Made by a program: the position numbers and the translations under genes. The notes below the pieces were generated by a model. It saw only the letters and a list, made by a program, of their open reading frames with translations. It made no database searches and had not been told where the DNA came from. From Haliotis rufescens (lineage: Eukaryota): a stretch of DNA of 64,000 nucleotides. Numbering within the stretch: position 1 is the first letter of the stretch; each line of letters starts with the position of its first letter. Shown here in pieces: positions 45,230-60,995 of this stretch. Location of the stretch: positions 26,784,001 to 26,848,000 of the forward strand of contig NW_025963802.1 in the NCBI RefSeq assembly GCF_023055435.1, given 5' to 3'.

Positions 45230-48200
45230 ATGAACTGGAACAAAACAAATATTGAACAACCAGCCGAAAACCGAAGAATAACACGACTAACATGAAGTCA
45301 CATTACCTACAAGAAGACAGCGGCAAAACCCGGAACACTAACAATACGATCAAGACATAGACAAGAACTGAAACAGTAACAAATTAGAAGATATCGTCAC
45401 AGACTTGAACAATAACACTACCATCAAGAAGCCATTGCCTCAAATTGAAACATAAAAACAACCAAAAAAAGACGGGTAAAAACTGAACAATCACACTACC
45501 ATCAAGAAGACATTGCCTCAAATTGAAACAATAACGCTACCAACAAAAACACGGACAAGAATTAAACAATGACACTACTATCAAGAAGACATTACCTGAG
45601 ACTGAAACAATAACACTACCAACAAAAAGACGGACAAGAATTGAACAATAACACTGCCATCAAGAAGACATTGCCTCAGACTGAAACAAAACAACAACCA
45701 TCAAAAGAACAGGCAAGAATTGAACAATAACACTTCCATCAAGAATACATTACCTGAGACTGAAACAATAACACTACCAACAAAAAGACGGACAAGAATT
45801 GAACAATAACACTACCAACAAAAAGACGGACAAGAATTGAACAATGACACTACTATCAAGAAGACATTGCCTGAGACTGAAACACTAACGCTACCAACAA
45901 AAAGACGGACAAGAATTGAAGAATGACACTACTATCAATAAGACATTGCCTGAGACTGAAACAATAACGCTACCAACAAAAGGACGGGCAAGAATTGAAC
46001 AATTTCACTACTATCAAGAAGACATTGCCTGAGACTGAAACAATAACACAACCAACAAAACGACATGCACGAATTGAACAATAACACTGCCATCAAGAAG
46101 ACATTGCATCAAACTGAAACAATGCAAAAACTAACAAAAAGACGGGCAAGAATTGAACAATAACACTACCAACCAAAACACGGGGAAGAATTGAACAATG
46201 ACACTACCATCAAGAAGAAATTGCCTGAGACTGAAACAATTAAACTACCAACGAAAAGACGGGGAAGAATTGATCAATGACACTACCATCAAGAAGACAT
46301 TGCCTGAGACTGAAACAATAACACTACCAACAAAACGACATGCACGAATTGAACAATAACACTGCCATCAAGAAGACATTGCATCAAACTGAAACAATGC
46401 AAAAACTAACAAAAAGACGGGCAAGAATTGAACAATAACACCACCATCAAGAAGACATTGCCTCAAACTGAAACAATAACACTACCAACAAAAACACGGG
46501 GAAGAATTGAACAATGACACTACCATCAAGAAGAAATTGCCTGAGACTGGAACAATTAAACTACCAACGAAAAGACGGGGAAGAATTGATCAATGACGCT
46601 ACCACCAAGAAGACATTGCCTCAGACTAAAACCATAACACTATTAAAAAAAGACCGGCAAGAATTGAAAATTGACACTACCATCAAGAAGCCATTGCCTC
46701 AAATTGAAACAAAAAAACAACCAAAAAAAGTCGGGTAAGATATGAACAATCACACTACCATCAGAAGACATTGCCTCAAACTGAAACAAGAACACTACCA
46801 AGAAAAATGACGGGCAGGAATTAAACAATGACACTACTATCAAGAAGACATTGCCTGAGACTGAAACACTAACGCTACCAACAAAAAGACGGACAAGAAT
46901 TGAAGAATGACACTACTATCAATAAGACATTGCCTGAGACTGAAACAATAACGCTACCAACAAAAGGACAGGCAAGAATTGAACAATATCACTACTATCA
47001 AGAAGACATTGCCTGAGACTGAAACAATAACACTACCAACAAAAAGACGGACAAGAATTGAAGAATGACACTACTATCAATAAGACATTGCCTCAAACTA
47101 AAACAATAACACTACCAACAAAACGACATGCACGAATTGAACAATAACACTGCCATCAAGAAGACATTACCTCAAACTGAAACAATGCAAAAACTAACAA
47201 AAAGACGGACAAGAATTGAACAATAACACTACCATCAAGAAGACATTGCCTCAAACCGAAACAATAACACTACCAACAAAAAGACAGGCAAGAACTGAAC
47301 AATCGCTCTACCATCAAGAAGACATTGCCCCAGACTGAAACAATAACGCTACCAACAAAAGGACAGGCAAGAATTGAACAATATCACTACTATCAAGAAG
47401 ACATTGCCTGAGATTGAAACAATAACACTACCAACAAAAAGGCAGGCATCAAGAAGACATTGCCTCAAACTGAAACAATAACACTACCATCAAGAAGACA
47501 TTGCCTCAGACTGATACAATAACACTACCATCGAGAAGACATTGCCTCAGACTGAAACAATAACACTACCAACAAAAGGATGGGGAAGAATTGAGCAATC
47601 GCACTACCATCAAAATACATTGCCTCAAACTGAAACAATAACACTACCAACAAACAGACGGGCAAGAATTGAACAATAACACTACCATCAAAATACATTG
47701 CCTCAGACTGAATGAATAAAACTACCAACAAAAGGATGGGGAAGAATTGAGCAATCGCACTACCATCAAAATACATTGCCTCAAACTGAAACAATAACAC
47801 TACCAACAAAAAGACGGACAAGAACTGAACAAAAACACTACTACAAAGAAGACTTTGCCTCAGACTGAAACAAAAACACAACCAAAACAAAAGACGGGGA
47901 AGAACTGAACAATCGCACTACCATCAAAAGACATTGCCTGAGACTGAAACAATAACACTACCAACAAAAAGACGGACAGGAATTGAACAATCGCACTACC
48001 ATCAAGAAGACATTGCCTCAGACTGAAACAATAACACTACCAACAAAAAGACGGGCAAGAATTGAGCAATCGCACTACCATCAAGAAGACATTGCCTCAA
48101 ACTGAAACAATAACACTACCAACAAAAGGCAGGCAAGAATTTAACAATAACACTATCATCAAGAAGATATTGCCTCAGACTGAAACAATAACATGTCTAA

Positions 48201-49770
48201 CAAAAGACGGGCAAGAAGTGAACAATTAAACTACCATCAAAGAGACGTTGCCTGAGACTGAAACAAAACAAGTACCAACAACAGGACAGGCAAGAATTGA
48301 ACAACAAACACTACCATCAAGAAGACATTGCATCAAACTGAAACAATACAACAACTAACAAAAAGACGGACAAGAATTGAACAATGACACTACCATCAAG
48401 AAGACATTGCCTCAGACACTGAAACAATAACACTACCAACAAAAAGACGGACAAGAATTGAACAATCGCACTACCATCAAAAGACATTGCTTCAAACTAA
48501 AACAATAACACTACCAACAAAAGGAAGGGCAAGAATTGAACAATATCACTACTATCAAGAAGACATTGCCTGAGACTGAAATAATACAACAACAAACAAA
48601 AGGACAGGCAAGAATTGAACAATAACACTATCATCAAGAAGATATTGCCTCAGACTGAAACAATAACACTACTAACAAAAGACGGGCAAGAATTGAACAA
48701 TTATACTACCATCAAAGAGATGTTGCCTGAGAGTGAAACAAAACAACAACCAACAACAGGACAGGCAAGAATTGAACAACAAACACTACCATCCAGAAGA
48801 CATTGCATCAAACTGAAACAATACAACAACTAACAAAAAGACTGGCAAGAATTGAACAATGACGCTACAATCAAGAAGACATTGCCTGAGACTGAAACAA
48901 TGAAACAAGTAATATAAAGGCGGGCAAGAATTGAACAATAACGCTACCATCAAGAAGACATTGTCCAAGACTGAAACAATAACACTACCAACAATAAGGC
49001 AAGCAAGAATTGAACAATAACACTACCATCAAGAAGACATTGCCTCAGACTGAAACAAAACAACAACCATCAAAAGGACAGGCAAGGATTGAACAATGAC
49101 ACTACCATCAAGAAGACATTGCCTCAGACTGAAACAATGAAACAAGTAATAACAAGACGGACAAGAATTGAACAATAACGCTACCATCAAGAAGACATTG
49201 TCCAAGACTGAAACAATAACACTACCAACAAAAAGACGAACAAGAATTGAACAATGACACTACCATTAAGAAGACATTGCCTCAAACTGAAACAATAACA
49301 CTACAAACAAAAAGGCAAGCAAGAATTGAACAATAACACTACCATCAAGAAGACATTGCCTCAGACTGAAACAAAACAACAACCAACAAAAGGACAGGCA
49401 AGAATTGAACAATGACACTACCATCAAGAAGACATTGCCTCAGACTGAAACAATACAACAACCAACAAAAAGACGAGGAAGAATTGAACAATAACACTAC
49501 CATCAAGAAGACATTGCGTCAAACTGAAACAGTAACACTACCAACAAAAAGACAGGTAAGAATTGAACAATGACACTACCACCAAGAAGACATTGCCTCA
49601 GACTGAATGAATAAAACTACAAACAAAAAGACAGGCAAGAATTGAACAATGACACTAACATTAAGAAGACATTTCCTCAAACTGAAACAATAACACTACC
49701 AACAAAAGGACGGCGAAGAATTCAGCAATAACACTACCATCAAGAAGACATTGCCTGAGACTGAAACTGT
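45230..49770 (+). repeat. A-rich composite satellite (~75-80-bp unit made of two related halves)
   Basis: Recurring CAAGAATTGAACAATAACACTACCATCAAGAAGACATTGCCTCAGACTGAAACAATAACACTACCAACAAAAAGACGG. Confidence 0.95.
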
Positions 49771-50149
49771 CGGTTAGGCTTCGGTCTGTGTGAATGGGGG
49801 AACCACAGTTAACTGAGGTTTTACAGGGAAAGGTTTTGATTTTTTTAACACCACTTATGTACCGATTCGTGTAAATACCAGCAGCAAACACGGGCGACAT
49901 TTGACGTGGTTAACCAGCACATTAATCACAACCATTGGTGTAATTAATTCTACCATGACAGCCAATGTACAACCGGCTAGGTACAGCAACACGGACGTGT
50001 ATCATATAGCATGTGATGGATTGTCACCATAAATCCTTTTATTCGCCACAGACCATATTAGTCGTTCACAAGGAAAGGCCGAATCCTAACAAGACGCTGG
50101 TTAATTTCCCACGCCAGGAAAAACGAACGCGTAGTCTCCAGATGAAAGA

Positions 50150-53100
50150 TATACACTGATCCTATACACCCGGACTAGGTACTGCTGCACCGACACCTAT
50201 CCTAAACACCGGGCCCAGGTGCTGCTACACCTACACTTATCCTAAACACCCCGTCCAGGAGGTGCGCTACACCTACACGTATCCTATACACCCGGTCCAG
50301 GAGGTGCGCTACACCTACACGTATCCTATACACCCGGTCCAGGTGCTGCCACAACTACACTGATCCTATACACCCGGTCCAGGTGCTGCTACAACTACAC
50401 TGATCCTATACACCCGGTCCAGGTGCTGCTACAACTACACTGATCCTATACACCCGGACTAGGTACTGCTGCACCGACACCTATCCTAAACACCCGGCCC
50501 AGGTGCTGCACCTACACTGATCCTATACACCCCGTCCAGGAGGTGCGCTACAACTACACTGATCCTATACACCCCGTCCATGAGGTGCGCTACAACTACA
50601 CTGATCCTATACACCCGGACTAGGTACTGCTGCACCGACACCTATCCTAAACACCCGGCCCAGGTGCTGCACCTACACTGATCCTATACAACCCGTCCAG
50701 GAGGTGCGCTACAACTACACTGATCCTATACACCCCGTCCATGAGGTGCGCTACAACTACACTGATCCTATACACCCGGTCCAGGTGCTGCTACAACTAC
50801 ACTGATCCTATACACACGGTTCAGGTGCTGCTACAACTACACTGATCCTATACACCCGGTCCAGGTGCTGCTACAACTACACTGATCCTATACACCCGGT
50901 CCAGGTGCTGCTACAACTACACTGTTCCTATACACCCGGTCCAGGTGCTGCAACAACTACACTGATCCTATACACCCGGTCCAGGGGCTGCTACAACTAC
51001 ACTGATCCTATACACCCGGTCCAGGTGCTGCTACAACTACACTGATCCTATACACCCGGTCCAGGTGCTGCTACAACTACACTGATCCTATACACCCGGT
51101 CCAGGTGCTGCTACAACTACACTGATCCTATACACCCGGTCCAGGTGCTGCTACAACTACACTGATCCTATACACCCGGTCCAGGTGCTGCCACAACTAC
51201 ACTGATCCTAAACACCCGGTGTAAGTGCTGCTACAACTACACCTATCCTATACACCCGGTCCAGGTGCTGCTACAACTACACTGAGCCTATACACCCGGA
51301 CTAGGTACTGCTGCACCGACACCTATCCTAAACACCCGGTCCAGTTGCTGCAACACCCATACTTATCCTATACACCCGGACTAGGTGCTGCTGCATCTTC
51401 ACTTATCCTATACACCCAGTCCAGGAGGTATTACACCTATACTTATCCTATTCCCCCTGTCCAGGAGGTGCTGCATCTATATTTATCCTATGCACCCGGT
51501 CCAGGTGCTGCTGCACCTATATTTATTCTAAACACCCGGTCCAGGTGCTGCTACATCTACACCTATCCTATACACCCGGTCCAGGAGGTGCTACACCTAT
51601 ATTTATCCTATGCACCCGGTCCAGGTGCTGCTGCACCTATATTTATTCTAAACACCCGGTCCAGGTGCTTCCTATACACCCGGTCCAGGTGCTGCTGCAC
51701 CTACACTTATCCTAAACACCCGGACTAGGTGCTGCTGCACCTACACCTACACCTATCCTAACACCCGGTCCAGGTGCTGCTGCACCTACACTTACCCTAT
51801 ACATCCGGTCTAGGTGCTGCTGCATCTACACCTATCCTATACACCCGGTCCAGGAGGTGCTACACCTATCTTTATCCTATACACTTGGTCCAGGTGCTGC
51901 TACACTCATACTTATCCTATGCACCCGGTCCAGGAGGTGCTGCACCTATATTTATCCTATGCACCCGGTCGAGGTGCTGCTGCACCTACACTTATCCTAT
52001 ACACCCAGCCCAGGAGGTGCTAAACCTGTACTTATCCAATGCACCCGGTCCAGGAGGTGCTGCACCTATATTTATCCTATGCACCTATATTTATTCTAAA
52101 ACCCCGGTCCAGGAGGTGCTGCAACTATATTTATCCTATACAGCCGGTCCAGGTGCTGCTACACCTACACTTATCCTAAACACCCGGTCCAGGTGCTGCT
52201 GCACCTATATGTATCCATAACACCCGATCCAGGTGCTGCTGCACCTATATTTATTCTAAAACCCCGGTCCAGGAGGTGCTGCAACTATATTTATCCTATA
52301 CAGCCGGTCCAGGTGCTGCTACACCTACACTTATCCTAAACACCCGGTCCAGGTGCTGCTGCACCTATATGTATCCATAACACCCGATCCAGGTGCTGCT
52401 GCACCTATATTTATTCTAAAACCCCGGTCCAGGCACTGCTGCACCTATATTTATCCATAACACCCGGTCCAGGTGCTGCTATACCTACACTTATCCTAAA
52501 CACCCGGTTCAGGTGCTGCTACACCCATACTTATCCTATACACTCGGTCCAGGTGTTAATGCATCTACACTTATCCTCAACACCCGGCCAAGGACGTGTT
52601 TCACCTATATTTATCCTATACACCCGGTCCAGGTGCTGCTACACCCATACTTATCCTATACACCCGGAGTAGGTGCTGCATCTACACTTATCCTATACAG
52701 CCAGTCCAGGAGGTATTACACCTATACGTATCCTATACACTCGGTCCAGGTGCTGCTACACCCATGCTTATCCTATACACCCGCAGTAGGTGCTGCTGCA
52801 TCTACACTTATCCTATACACCCGGAGTAGGCGCTGCTGCATCTACACTTATCCTATACACCCGGAGTAGGTGCTGCTGCATCTACACTTATCCTATGCAG
52901 CTGGTCCAGGAGGTGCTGCACCTATATTTATCCTATGCACCCGATCCAGGTGCTGCTGCACCTTTACTTATCCTATACACTCGGTCCATGTGTTAATGCA
53001 TCTACACTCATCTTATACCCACACACTTATATATACTGTATACTCTAATGCTGCTGATCCGCTATTAATCCCATACACGGACCAGGTGCTACTGCTTTTA

Positions 53101-53170
53101 CAGTTATCATATATACCCGGAACAGTTGATACTGCAACTACATCTGTCATACCTACTCGGTCCAGGTGCT
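50150..53170 (+). repeat. ~40-bp minisatellite
   Basis: Unit CACCCGGTCCAGGTGCTGCTACAACTACACTGATCCTATA. Confidence 0.95.
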
Positions 53171-54109
53171 ACTTCTGCTATATGTATCCTACACATCCGA
53201 AATGGTGTGTCGACGTCGACCATAGACGTCTGCAATTTGCACACAGAGGGTATTAAAACTACACTTTATTTCAAAAGCATAAGGATTTTGAGAAAACTAT
53301 CGAAACCTAGGCTTTACTTTACACTGTTTAATATCAATGATAATGGCCATCAATATTTGTTATTGGAAGAAGAAGTGTGTGGAAGTGCACATCGTGACAA
53401 TGATAATCAACTATCTGAACAGTAAAGTGTGTGTGACGTGATCCATCGCCCGGTCTCATGGGGTCTTTCTGCAAGGGAAACGTTTTTAAGACAAGACGGC
53501 GGCCTTCAAGGGAGATCATTCACTTTCGAACAATGTGATTGAGAAGCCCGCCCTGGTGCTTCCCCATAATCTGATTAAATACAAATAAAGATTTTCACTT
53601 TAACCCAATCAAATAAAAAATAATACTTCCAGCTTCTGATGTTTTGTAATCCCAACAGTAAATGTTCTGTTGTGGGCTAAATTCAATCACAGCAAAACAG
53701 TAATTTGGATATAGTTCCCCTTGCAAACACATCTAGTTTGCAAACACACATATCACTCCATGGGGCATGTGTGGGCCTGCTGTTATCGATGGAAAACACA
53801 ACCTATTTTAACTGCTTTGAACAATCAAATGGAATCCAAATATTCGAGATTACAACATGTGTGTAGGGTGTGTGGCGGGGGGCTTGCTGTCCTTGTGATT
53901 ACCGCTAACACTCCTCAAGGCTCTCGGTCAGGTATACTCATTATCTGATGCCCCGAGTCGCTGCACCATCTGATAGAGAAGCGTGATTGTGACTGTAATG
54001 TTACATCTGGCAAAGCTGCTGCAACACAGCGATGAGACCTGGTCTACAGCCCTATGAAAATAATCTGAAGGCTGAGATTCCTGTTTGATCACCCTCACCT
54101 TTTACATCA

Positions 54110-54665
54110 TGGTCAGGCTCCCTGACTTGGTTGGTGCATGTCATCGGGATCGGGTGGTCAGGCTCCCTGACTTGGTTGGTGCATGTCCTCGGGATCTGGA
54201 GGTCAGGCTCCCTGACTTGGTTGGTGCATGTCCTCGGGATCGGGTGGTCAGGCTCCCTGACTTGGTTGGTGCATGTCATCGGGATCGGGTGGTCAGGCTC
54301 CCTGACTTGGTTGGTGCATGTCCTCGGGATCGGGTGGTCAGGCTCCCTGACTTGGTTGGTGCATGTCATCGGGATCGGGTGGTCAGGCTCCCTGACTTGG
54401 TTGGTGCATGTCATCGGGATCGGGTGGTCAGGCTCCCTGACTTGGTTGGTGCATGTCATCGGGATCTGGTGGTCAGGCACCCTGACTTGGTTGGTGCATG
54501 TCATCGGGATCGGGTGGTTGATGCATGCCATCGTATCCCAAGTGCATGGTTCGATGCTCATGGTGTTAGTCACTGGATTGTCTGGTCCAGACACGATTAT
54601 TTACAGACCGCTGTCATATAGCTGGAATATTGCTGATTGTGGGGTTAAATGACAAACAAACAAAC
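54110..54665 (+). mobile_element. SINE-like copy with an internal 45-bp segment tandemly amplified (~9 copies)
   Basis: Unit GGTCAGGCTCCCTGACTTGGTTGGTGCATGTCATCGGGATCGGGT followed by CACTGGATTGTCTGGTCCAGAC...GCTGGAATATTGCTGA and a (CAAA)n tail, homologous to 56575-56840. Confidence 0.75.
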
Positions 54666-55499
54666 TACATCATGAAGACCTTTGCAAAAATGTTCAGCCC
54701 TGATGCTCATATAATAGTAGATAAATTAAAAGTATAGATTCAGCACCCCATGCTGCCATCGTATACCATCTGCGTAGATCGATGCCCATGATTTCAACCT
54801 CCGGATTATCTGGGCCAAACTCAATTATGTACAGGACCGAATACAGGATCATTGTGACGAGGTGAGCGGCAATACTTGTCATTCAAACATATTCTTCAAT
54901 ACAGAATACTTGTGCATTCAGAGAGAAAGTGGTCTATTAAAACACAAACGTGCAACAGTTGGTGTCCTTCTGACGCGAGACCTAATTTTCTTTAAAAACA
55001 TTCATCGGGTAAGTTCTGACTTCCACGTACATAAGCAGCAATCACGCCACCGACACACCCTACTGTATGCTGCTAGAGGAGACAGAACTCTGGAATAAAT
55101 TGTTCTAGTTGCAGACACAAGCCTCAAGACACATAGCCAAACCACTTAGCACTGAGAATTGTGATTAGGAGGATTCTGATGACCGACTGCCTGGCCTGTC
55201 TCATCCCTAAGTACGCTGGGCAGTAATTAATATATATGGTAAGTGGGATCTTGACCCAGTGAGGAACAAAAGGTCAGATGACCAGTGGTGACACTCACAA
55301 CCTCCAGCCGGCCAAAATGTCCACCGTCAACAATAGGATGACGGTACTAAAACAACCTTCGTCTGATACCTCTTTTTGGGGAGTGCTTGGTTGGCATGGG
55401 TCAGTGAAGGGCTACCGACGCCATCGTGATCTCTCACTTGACAGGGAATTTAACAAAACAATATACTGATGCTCGGACTTATGCACCAGGTTGAAATGT

Positions 55500-56500
55500 A
55501 CACTGCAAATATGTGTTCAGACCCTAAAACACTTGAACACGTCCCTTGTCCTATAATTTGACATGTTTTGGTCAAAACATGTGTAGGAATGTGTTTGACA
55601 ACTAAACGCGTGTGGGGTCTAAATATGGATGGGAAAGACCCGTGTATCCCAATTGAAATTCATTGTAGGTACAACTGGGCGCTTTCTGTGAGTGTTTTTA
55701 ACGTTTAATAGGGACACAGAAGTAGGGTGCGGATAACTGAAAAACGTTAAGGGACTTTCATCGTATGAGATATATACTTTCAGCTTCCGTCTCTTCTATG
55801 AGAGAAATGCTTATTAGTCATATAGCAACAACACATTTATGAACACAACACACGATACGAACCTTCTTCCTACCAGCTGTGCTATGGAGACTGTTGACAA
55901 ATGTCAATTTTCCTTGTTACCATTAACGTAGCTTGGTTTATTTTTACATTCTTATATTGATTATACGACGTTGGTTGTAAATTCTGATGGTATATGAAGT
56001 ATGCGACTGCCTGTGAATCAGATTGCACATCTAATTTAAATATATATAATTATACTTTCGTGTATTATACATATTTTACATAAAGCCAAATGATATGCAT
56101 TTAATTCAGCATCTTTAAATTCTAAGCATGTTTAGATTATTTGGACGATATATAATGATATGCATTTTGTCGTAAACATGTTCAAACACTAAACCTGTAA
56201 AATCTTAACATGTTTAAACGTGTTCAAATTCTAAACATGTTTAGATTATGGAGATTGGGTTGAGGTGGTGTTTAGGTTGTGACACGATAGCTCATTTCAT
56301 GTGTTAAGACTCTAAACGTGTTTAGACAGAGATCACCAAATGTGTATCCCGTTTTGGATTTAGTCACATTCCGAAACATATTAACATGTCTTGTATGTGT
56401 TTTCATTATTATAAATATGTGTCTTAATATAGTCTCACAATGCTGGTTTAGTGCTTCCGTTTAGGATTTAAAACACATTCCTAAACATGTCTTACAGTGT
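55500..56500. mobile_element. Non-autonomous DNA transposon with CACTG...CAGTG ends; related shorter copy at ~57118-57397
   Basis: TACACTGCAAA at ~55499 and TTACAGTGTA at ~56491; 57118-57397 starts CACTGTAAAA and is inversely similar to 56200-56500. Confidence 0.5.
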
Positions 56501-56574
56501 AGATGGGTGGCTGTGAGGACCGCTGTGAGTAATATAACTGTTTGATCAGTCCTGGCAGAAGAAATGTACTTACC

Positions 56575-56840
56575 CGCGTAGATCCGGGGTAGAACAGGTC
56601 TTCAGCAACCCATGCTTGCCGAAAAAGGTGACTATGCTTGTCGTTAGAGGCAACTAACGGGATCGGGTGGTCAGACTAGCTGATTTGGTTGATGTCACCG
56701 CATCCCAATTGCATAGATCGTGCTCATGATGTCAGTCACTGGATTGCCTGGTCCAGACTCGATTATTTACAGACCGTCATCGTATAGCTTGAATATTGTT
56801 GAGTGTGGCGTTAAACAAAGAACCAAACAAACACAAGCAA
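56575..56840 (+). mobile_element. SINE-like repeat (resembles the abundant abalone SINE family); another degraded inverted copy at ~54720-54860
   Basis: Three homologous copies in the window, with an (AAAC)n-like tail. Confidence 0.7.
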
Positions 56841-59800
56841 AGTACTTGGTGTGTACAGGCATTGAACTTGAGTTATAGATCTCATCACTTTGTGATGAAA
56901 GTGATGGTTTTCCCAGATGATGTCACGAGACACTCAATACCCAGTCTTCTGCTTTCATCACTGCAACCTGTTGTATGTTGATGTAGATATTGTGATACCA
57001 TAAAGAGACACAGTATTAGTTAGTCATAACAAGTGAGATTTACCACTTCAGAAAACTTGAACATTGATCAGTATATAAGGTTCAGGTCTCGCGTTATTTC
57101 TCCGCATGATCTAGTGTACACTGTAAAATATGGGTTTAAAAATGTAAACACATACAGGACATGTTTAGATCTAACCATGTTTCGGAATGTGTCTAAATCC
57201 AAAACGGAATACTCATTTGGTGTAGGGTATAGGGTTTGAACACATGAAATCAACTATCGTCTCACGGCCTAAACACCACCTAAACACAACTTCCCCACAA
57301 TCTAAACATGGTTAGAATTTTAAAAAAACGTTTAAACATATTAAGAATTTCAACATGTCGAAACATGTTTAGAACTTAAATTGTGTGTAAAGTGTACGTG
57401 TTGCCGAACACAAAAACGCATTCACATGTAACACGTAGACGATTCAGAACAACACAACACAACTAAATGTTTGAAAATAGCAAGCAATTTTCTCTGCTGC
57501 ACAAATTGCGTATTTAATTTAACCCAGACAGAAATATCCGCCCCGAGCTTCCGGAGACAGCGTTGTAGACGCTGTGCATATGTGCGATGTCGGACCACAT
57601 ATATTCTGCCGTGGCGATTCTCCCTGCCGCCTGGACAGACGGGCGGGGTGAGGGGCACGCCCAACTCGTGTGTCCATATGTAACTTTGCTGCGAGTATTC
57701 AGTTTCTTATAATAATATGCCAGTTTTGTGTGTTCGTATGTGAATGCGTGTTCGTCAAATCCTTTTGATACTTTGTAAATAACGACATTTGAGTCGTCAA
57801 TCATTTCCTTCTACCTAGTCAACCATCAACCCTCTGTTGTCGCGACACATACATTGTATTTGACATTTACCTCTCTAAAACACAGTAATCGTATCTTGGG
57901 TGTTTATATGTTTACGATTCATCAGTTCCTATATTGATCTTTCTTAATAAGATTCAACCTGTTTCATGACACTAGTGACTTGTTTCACATGACCCTAGGC
58001 AGATGTTAGATAACACCATCTTAGTGAAGTACATTGAATATTCAACAAATACAAAGTCACGAAGTTGTGTCAAGTGTCTCTCAAGAAAACAAAAAATAAG
58101 CCACAAAAACCAAAAGGAAATTGATGGAGATAACCATGTGACGTTCGAGGAACTGAATCTTCTTCTAAAGCTCAGTGACACGCTGTCCCATGTCCATTTC
58201 TTAACCAGATGATATTTTGACGGTAAGTCAGTCATATGGGAATGGCGTGGAACACTACTAAAGCATGAAGTATCCGAGCAATTCCAAACAATATATCAGG
58301 TTGACGGTCCACATGCACGCCTCCATTCACCACCAGGGGGCAACATTCCAGCTTAGTGGGTAATAAGATAATCCAATTACTATGATCACTGGACAGGTAT
58401 TTAAGGAGAGTCGGAAGATGCTGGTGGGGCGTCACCTTGTGTCCGTTTGTGGGCAATTGAAATTCAGCTAAGCCGTTGTTGCTACCGCCATTAGCGTGAC
58501 GGGACAGCGAGGTAATGAAGCCCCAGCGAGTTGGGCACGTTCGGAAAGGGGATGACACCTTCCTCCCCGACATTAAATCGATCGTTGGGCTTGTCATACC
58601 ACGGTAACTTACCAATTACTTCTTCAAAGCTCTTGAAACCCATTTTCGACCGTGAGTAGATCGAAGCAGTACATTTATTCCTATCTATTTCTGGATACAG
58701 ATGCAAAATTCTAGAACTTCTGCGCACAATCAGCAATGTTTCGCTGTAAGTCACGCAAAGGTGAAGCCCTATGCGACCAGCGAAAAACGTTTTAAGTGTC
58801 GGTTCCGCCAGGTTAACTGCGCTCTTCAAACTGGTTGTTACAGAAGTCACAAAGGCTACTTTCTTCAAGTATCTCACGCAATAGGCAAGCATATCCAACT
58901 GTAAAGCTAATGGTATTAGGCCTTATGTAAGTGTCTCTAGGCATGAGATATTTCCTGCCAGTCGCTTACAGACATTTCGTTTGTGCTCCTTTTTGCGACC
59001 ACATCCCATATGGCCAATTAAATGATATTGAAATGTTAGAGGTACAGATATTGAGGGGTTTGCACGTATGTACTGTACTAATGCACGCCGATCGATGGAT
59101 AAGCAATGGTTATTACTTTGAACTCTGCAATTTGAGAAGATGAGACTCTGTCTAAATGGCCAGTGGTGCAGGAGTCGTGTTATCTTTATCGTATTGTACA
59201 AACACTTGACTTTCAGAACTCTCTTTTGCTTGGCAAGACAAACACATACAACTGCTTGTGGAAACGTTTCCACACCTACAGTGGCTAAGAAGTGGAAGAG
59301 GGGTACCGTTGAGGGTTGTCTGTTTGCGTATGGACCGACCGCTTCATATAGATCAGACACACGTCAGGTGTAGCTGCAAGGGTATCTACTTCAGTCGCAG
59401 TTTCACTTTAGAATGCAGAAGAGAATGCACTATGAAAACCGTGTTGTCCTTGGGTGTTTAATAATTCGATTTATGTATTATAAGTCTCTATAATAATATC
59501 AAGTTAAAGATACCTGTGTAAATATTACCGTTGAAGCCTCGCGTGGTCACACGATGATCTGCTTAGCCAAACGCTCACACAAATTAAACTTTATGAATAG
59601 AGGCATTTAGTAATATAAGAAATCAATTTAAAACGGAAATATTATCGTAGCTGTTCCTTGCATATTCGTCCAAATAAAGTATGACATTAATGGAAACTCT
59701 TAACTGAGTTGCGTGCAAATGTACAAATATGTTTCATGACAATACAATACATTTGTTGAACATTATTACTATCTGTTTTCAACTTAAAGAGGTGATCGTC

Positions 59801-60995
59801 ACGCTCAGCCATTTCTCGGCAAAGAACTGAAACTGATGTTTGCCATGAATAAACTTGTCGACGATGGCTAAAGTTTGACAGTGGTGTAAGGACATATTCG
59901 TCACTCAAAGCGCAGAATAATGGCATTGAAGCCCATAAAATAATTTATGTCTACCCTGTTGATTTAAGCATTTGTGTTATAGACAGGCGAGGTATATATG
60001 TTTTGGACGTTCTGACGTTGGTTAGGATGGACTTTTGTTAGTGGACACCATGATAACAGCAGCAAAACACACTCACGTGATGTCAGCAAGGCGTGCAAGG
60101 TTTAGGTCAAACTCAGTTCGGTTTACCTTCCGCTAATAATTTCAAGGTCACATTTCATTTACCTTTTCAGTGAAATAAAGGATAGGGCAATAGTACATGC
60201 ATGTCCTTCTGTTCAGTTAAAATATAAAGGTAAAGCCAACTCAATCCAACAAATGACTAGTGAAACTATTTACCAACCGGGCCCAGTTAGATTCCTAAAC
60301 CAGAGATTATTAGGTAAGTATGCTTCCATATCATAAATATAATACTTTAATAGGAAGAAAAAATAACTTTAGAAACCGCGTATGAATATCGTGTTTGAGT
60401 GAACGGATCTATTTATCATAGTGCCAAATGATTAGCAGCAATGTTTGTGTGCATAATCATCCTCGGAGAACCCCGATCTAAACTACTGGGAACGTTAGTC
60501 AATGGTGTATTGAACAAGCAGACATTGAATCGATGTATGGAGATTAAAAGTTCCTGCTTGGCTCATTTGCATATTTTTCGGATCGTGATACCAAGGTTTT
60601 CGGATTGGTTTATTGCATCGACAACACTATCCATTATACGATGAAACCATATATTTTCAAACTTCACTGAATGCACTCTTGGTACCGCAGCCATGGTTTA
60701 TTTTGGCTGGTAATCATACAAAACTTTCTGTGAACACAGTCGCTGCGTAACGTGATGATGGCACTGGCTGCAACACTGACACGGGACTTGCCTCTGCGAG
60801 ATCTGAACCGACTCCTGTGGACGCGCATTGCGATGAGAAAGCGCGTGCTGGAGAGGGCTGAAGTTGATAAATTGAAGGAGATGAGTGCTGACACCAAGGC
60901 GAAACCTTCTGTTAGCCCAGACAATACCAGAATTATCCTTATCAATGAAATTTCCTTTCTGTGGCAATCGCTGAAAGAGAAATCGGGACTCTAAT

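Noticed and set aside
41150-53170. Regular repeats as CRISPR arrays
   Set aside because: No unique spacers, no cas genes, eukaryotic context; ordinary minisatellites
60752-60994. 80-aa helical-looking ORF as an exon
   Set aside because: No recognisable motif and no convincing splice partner in the window
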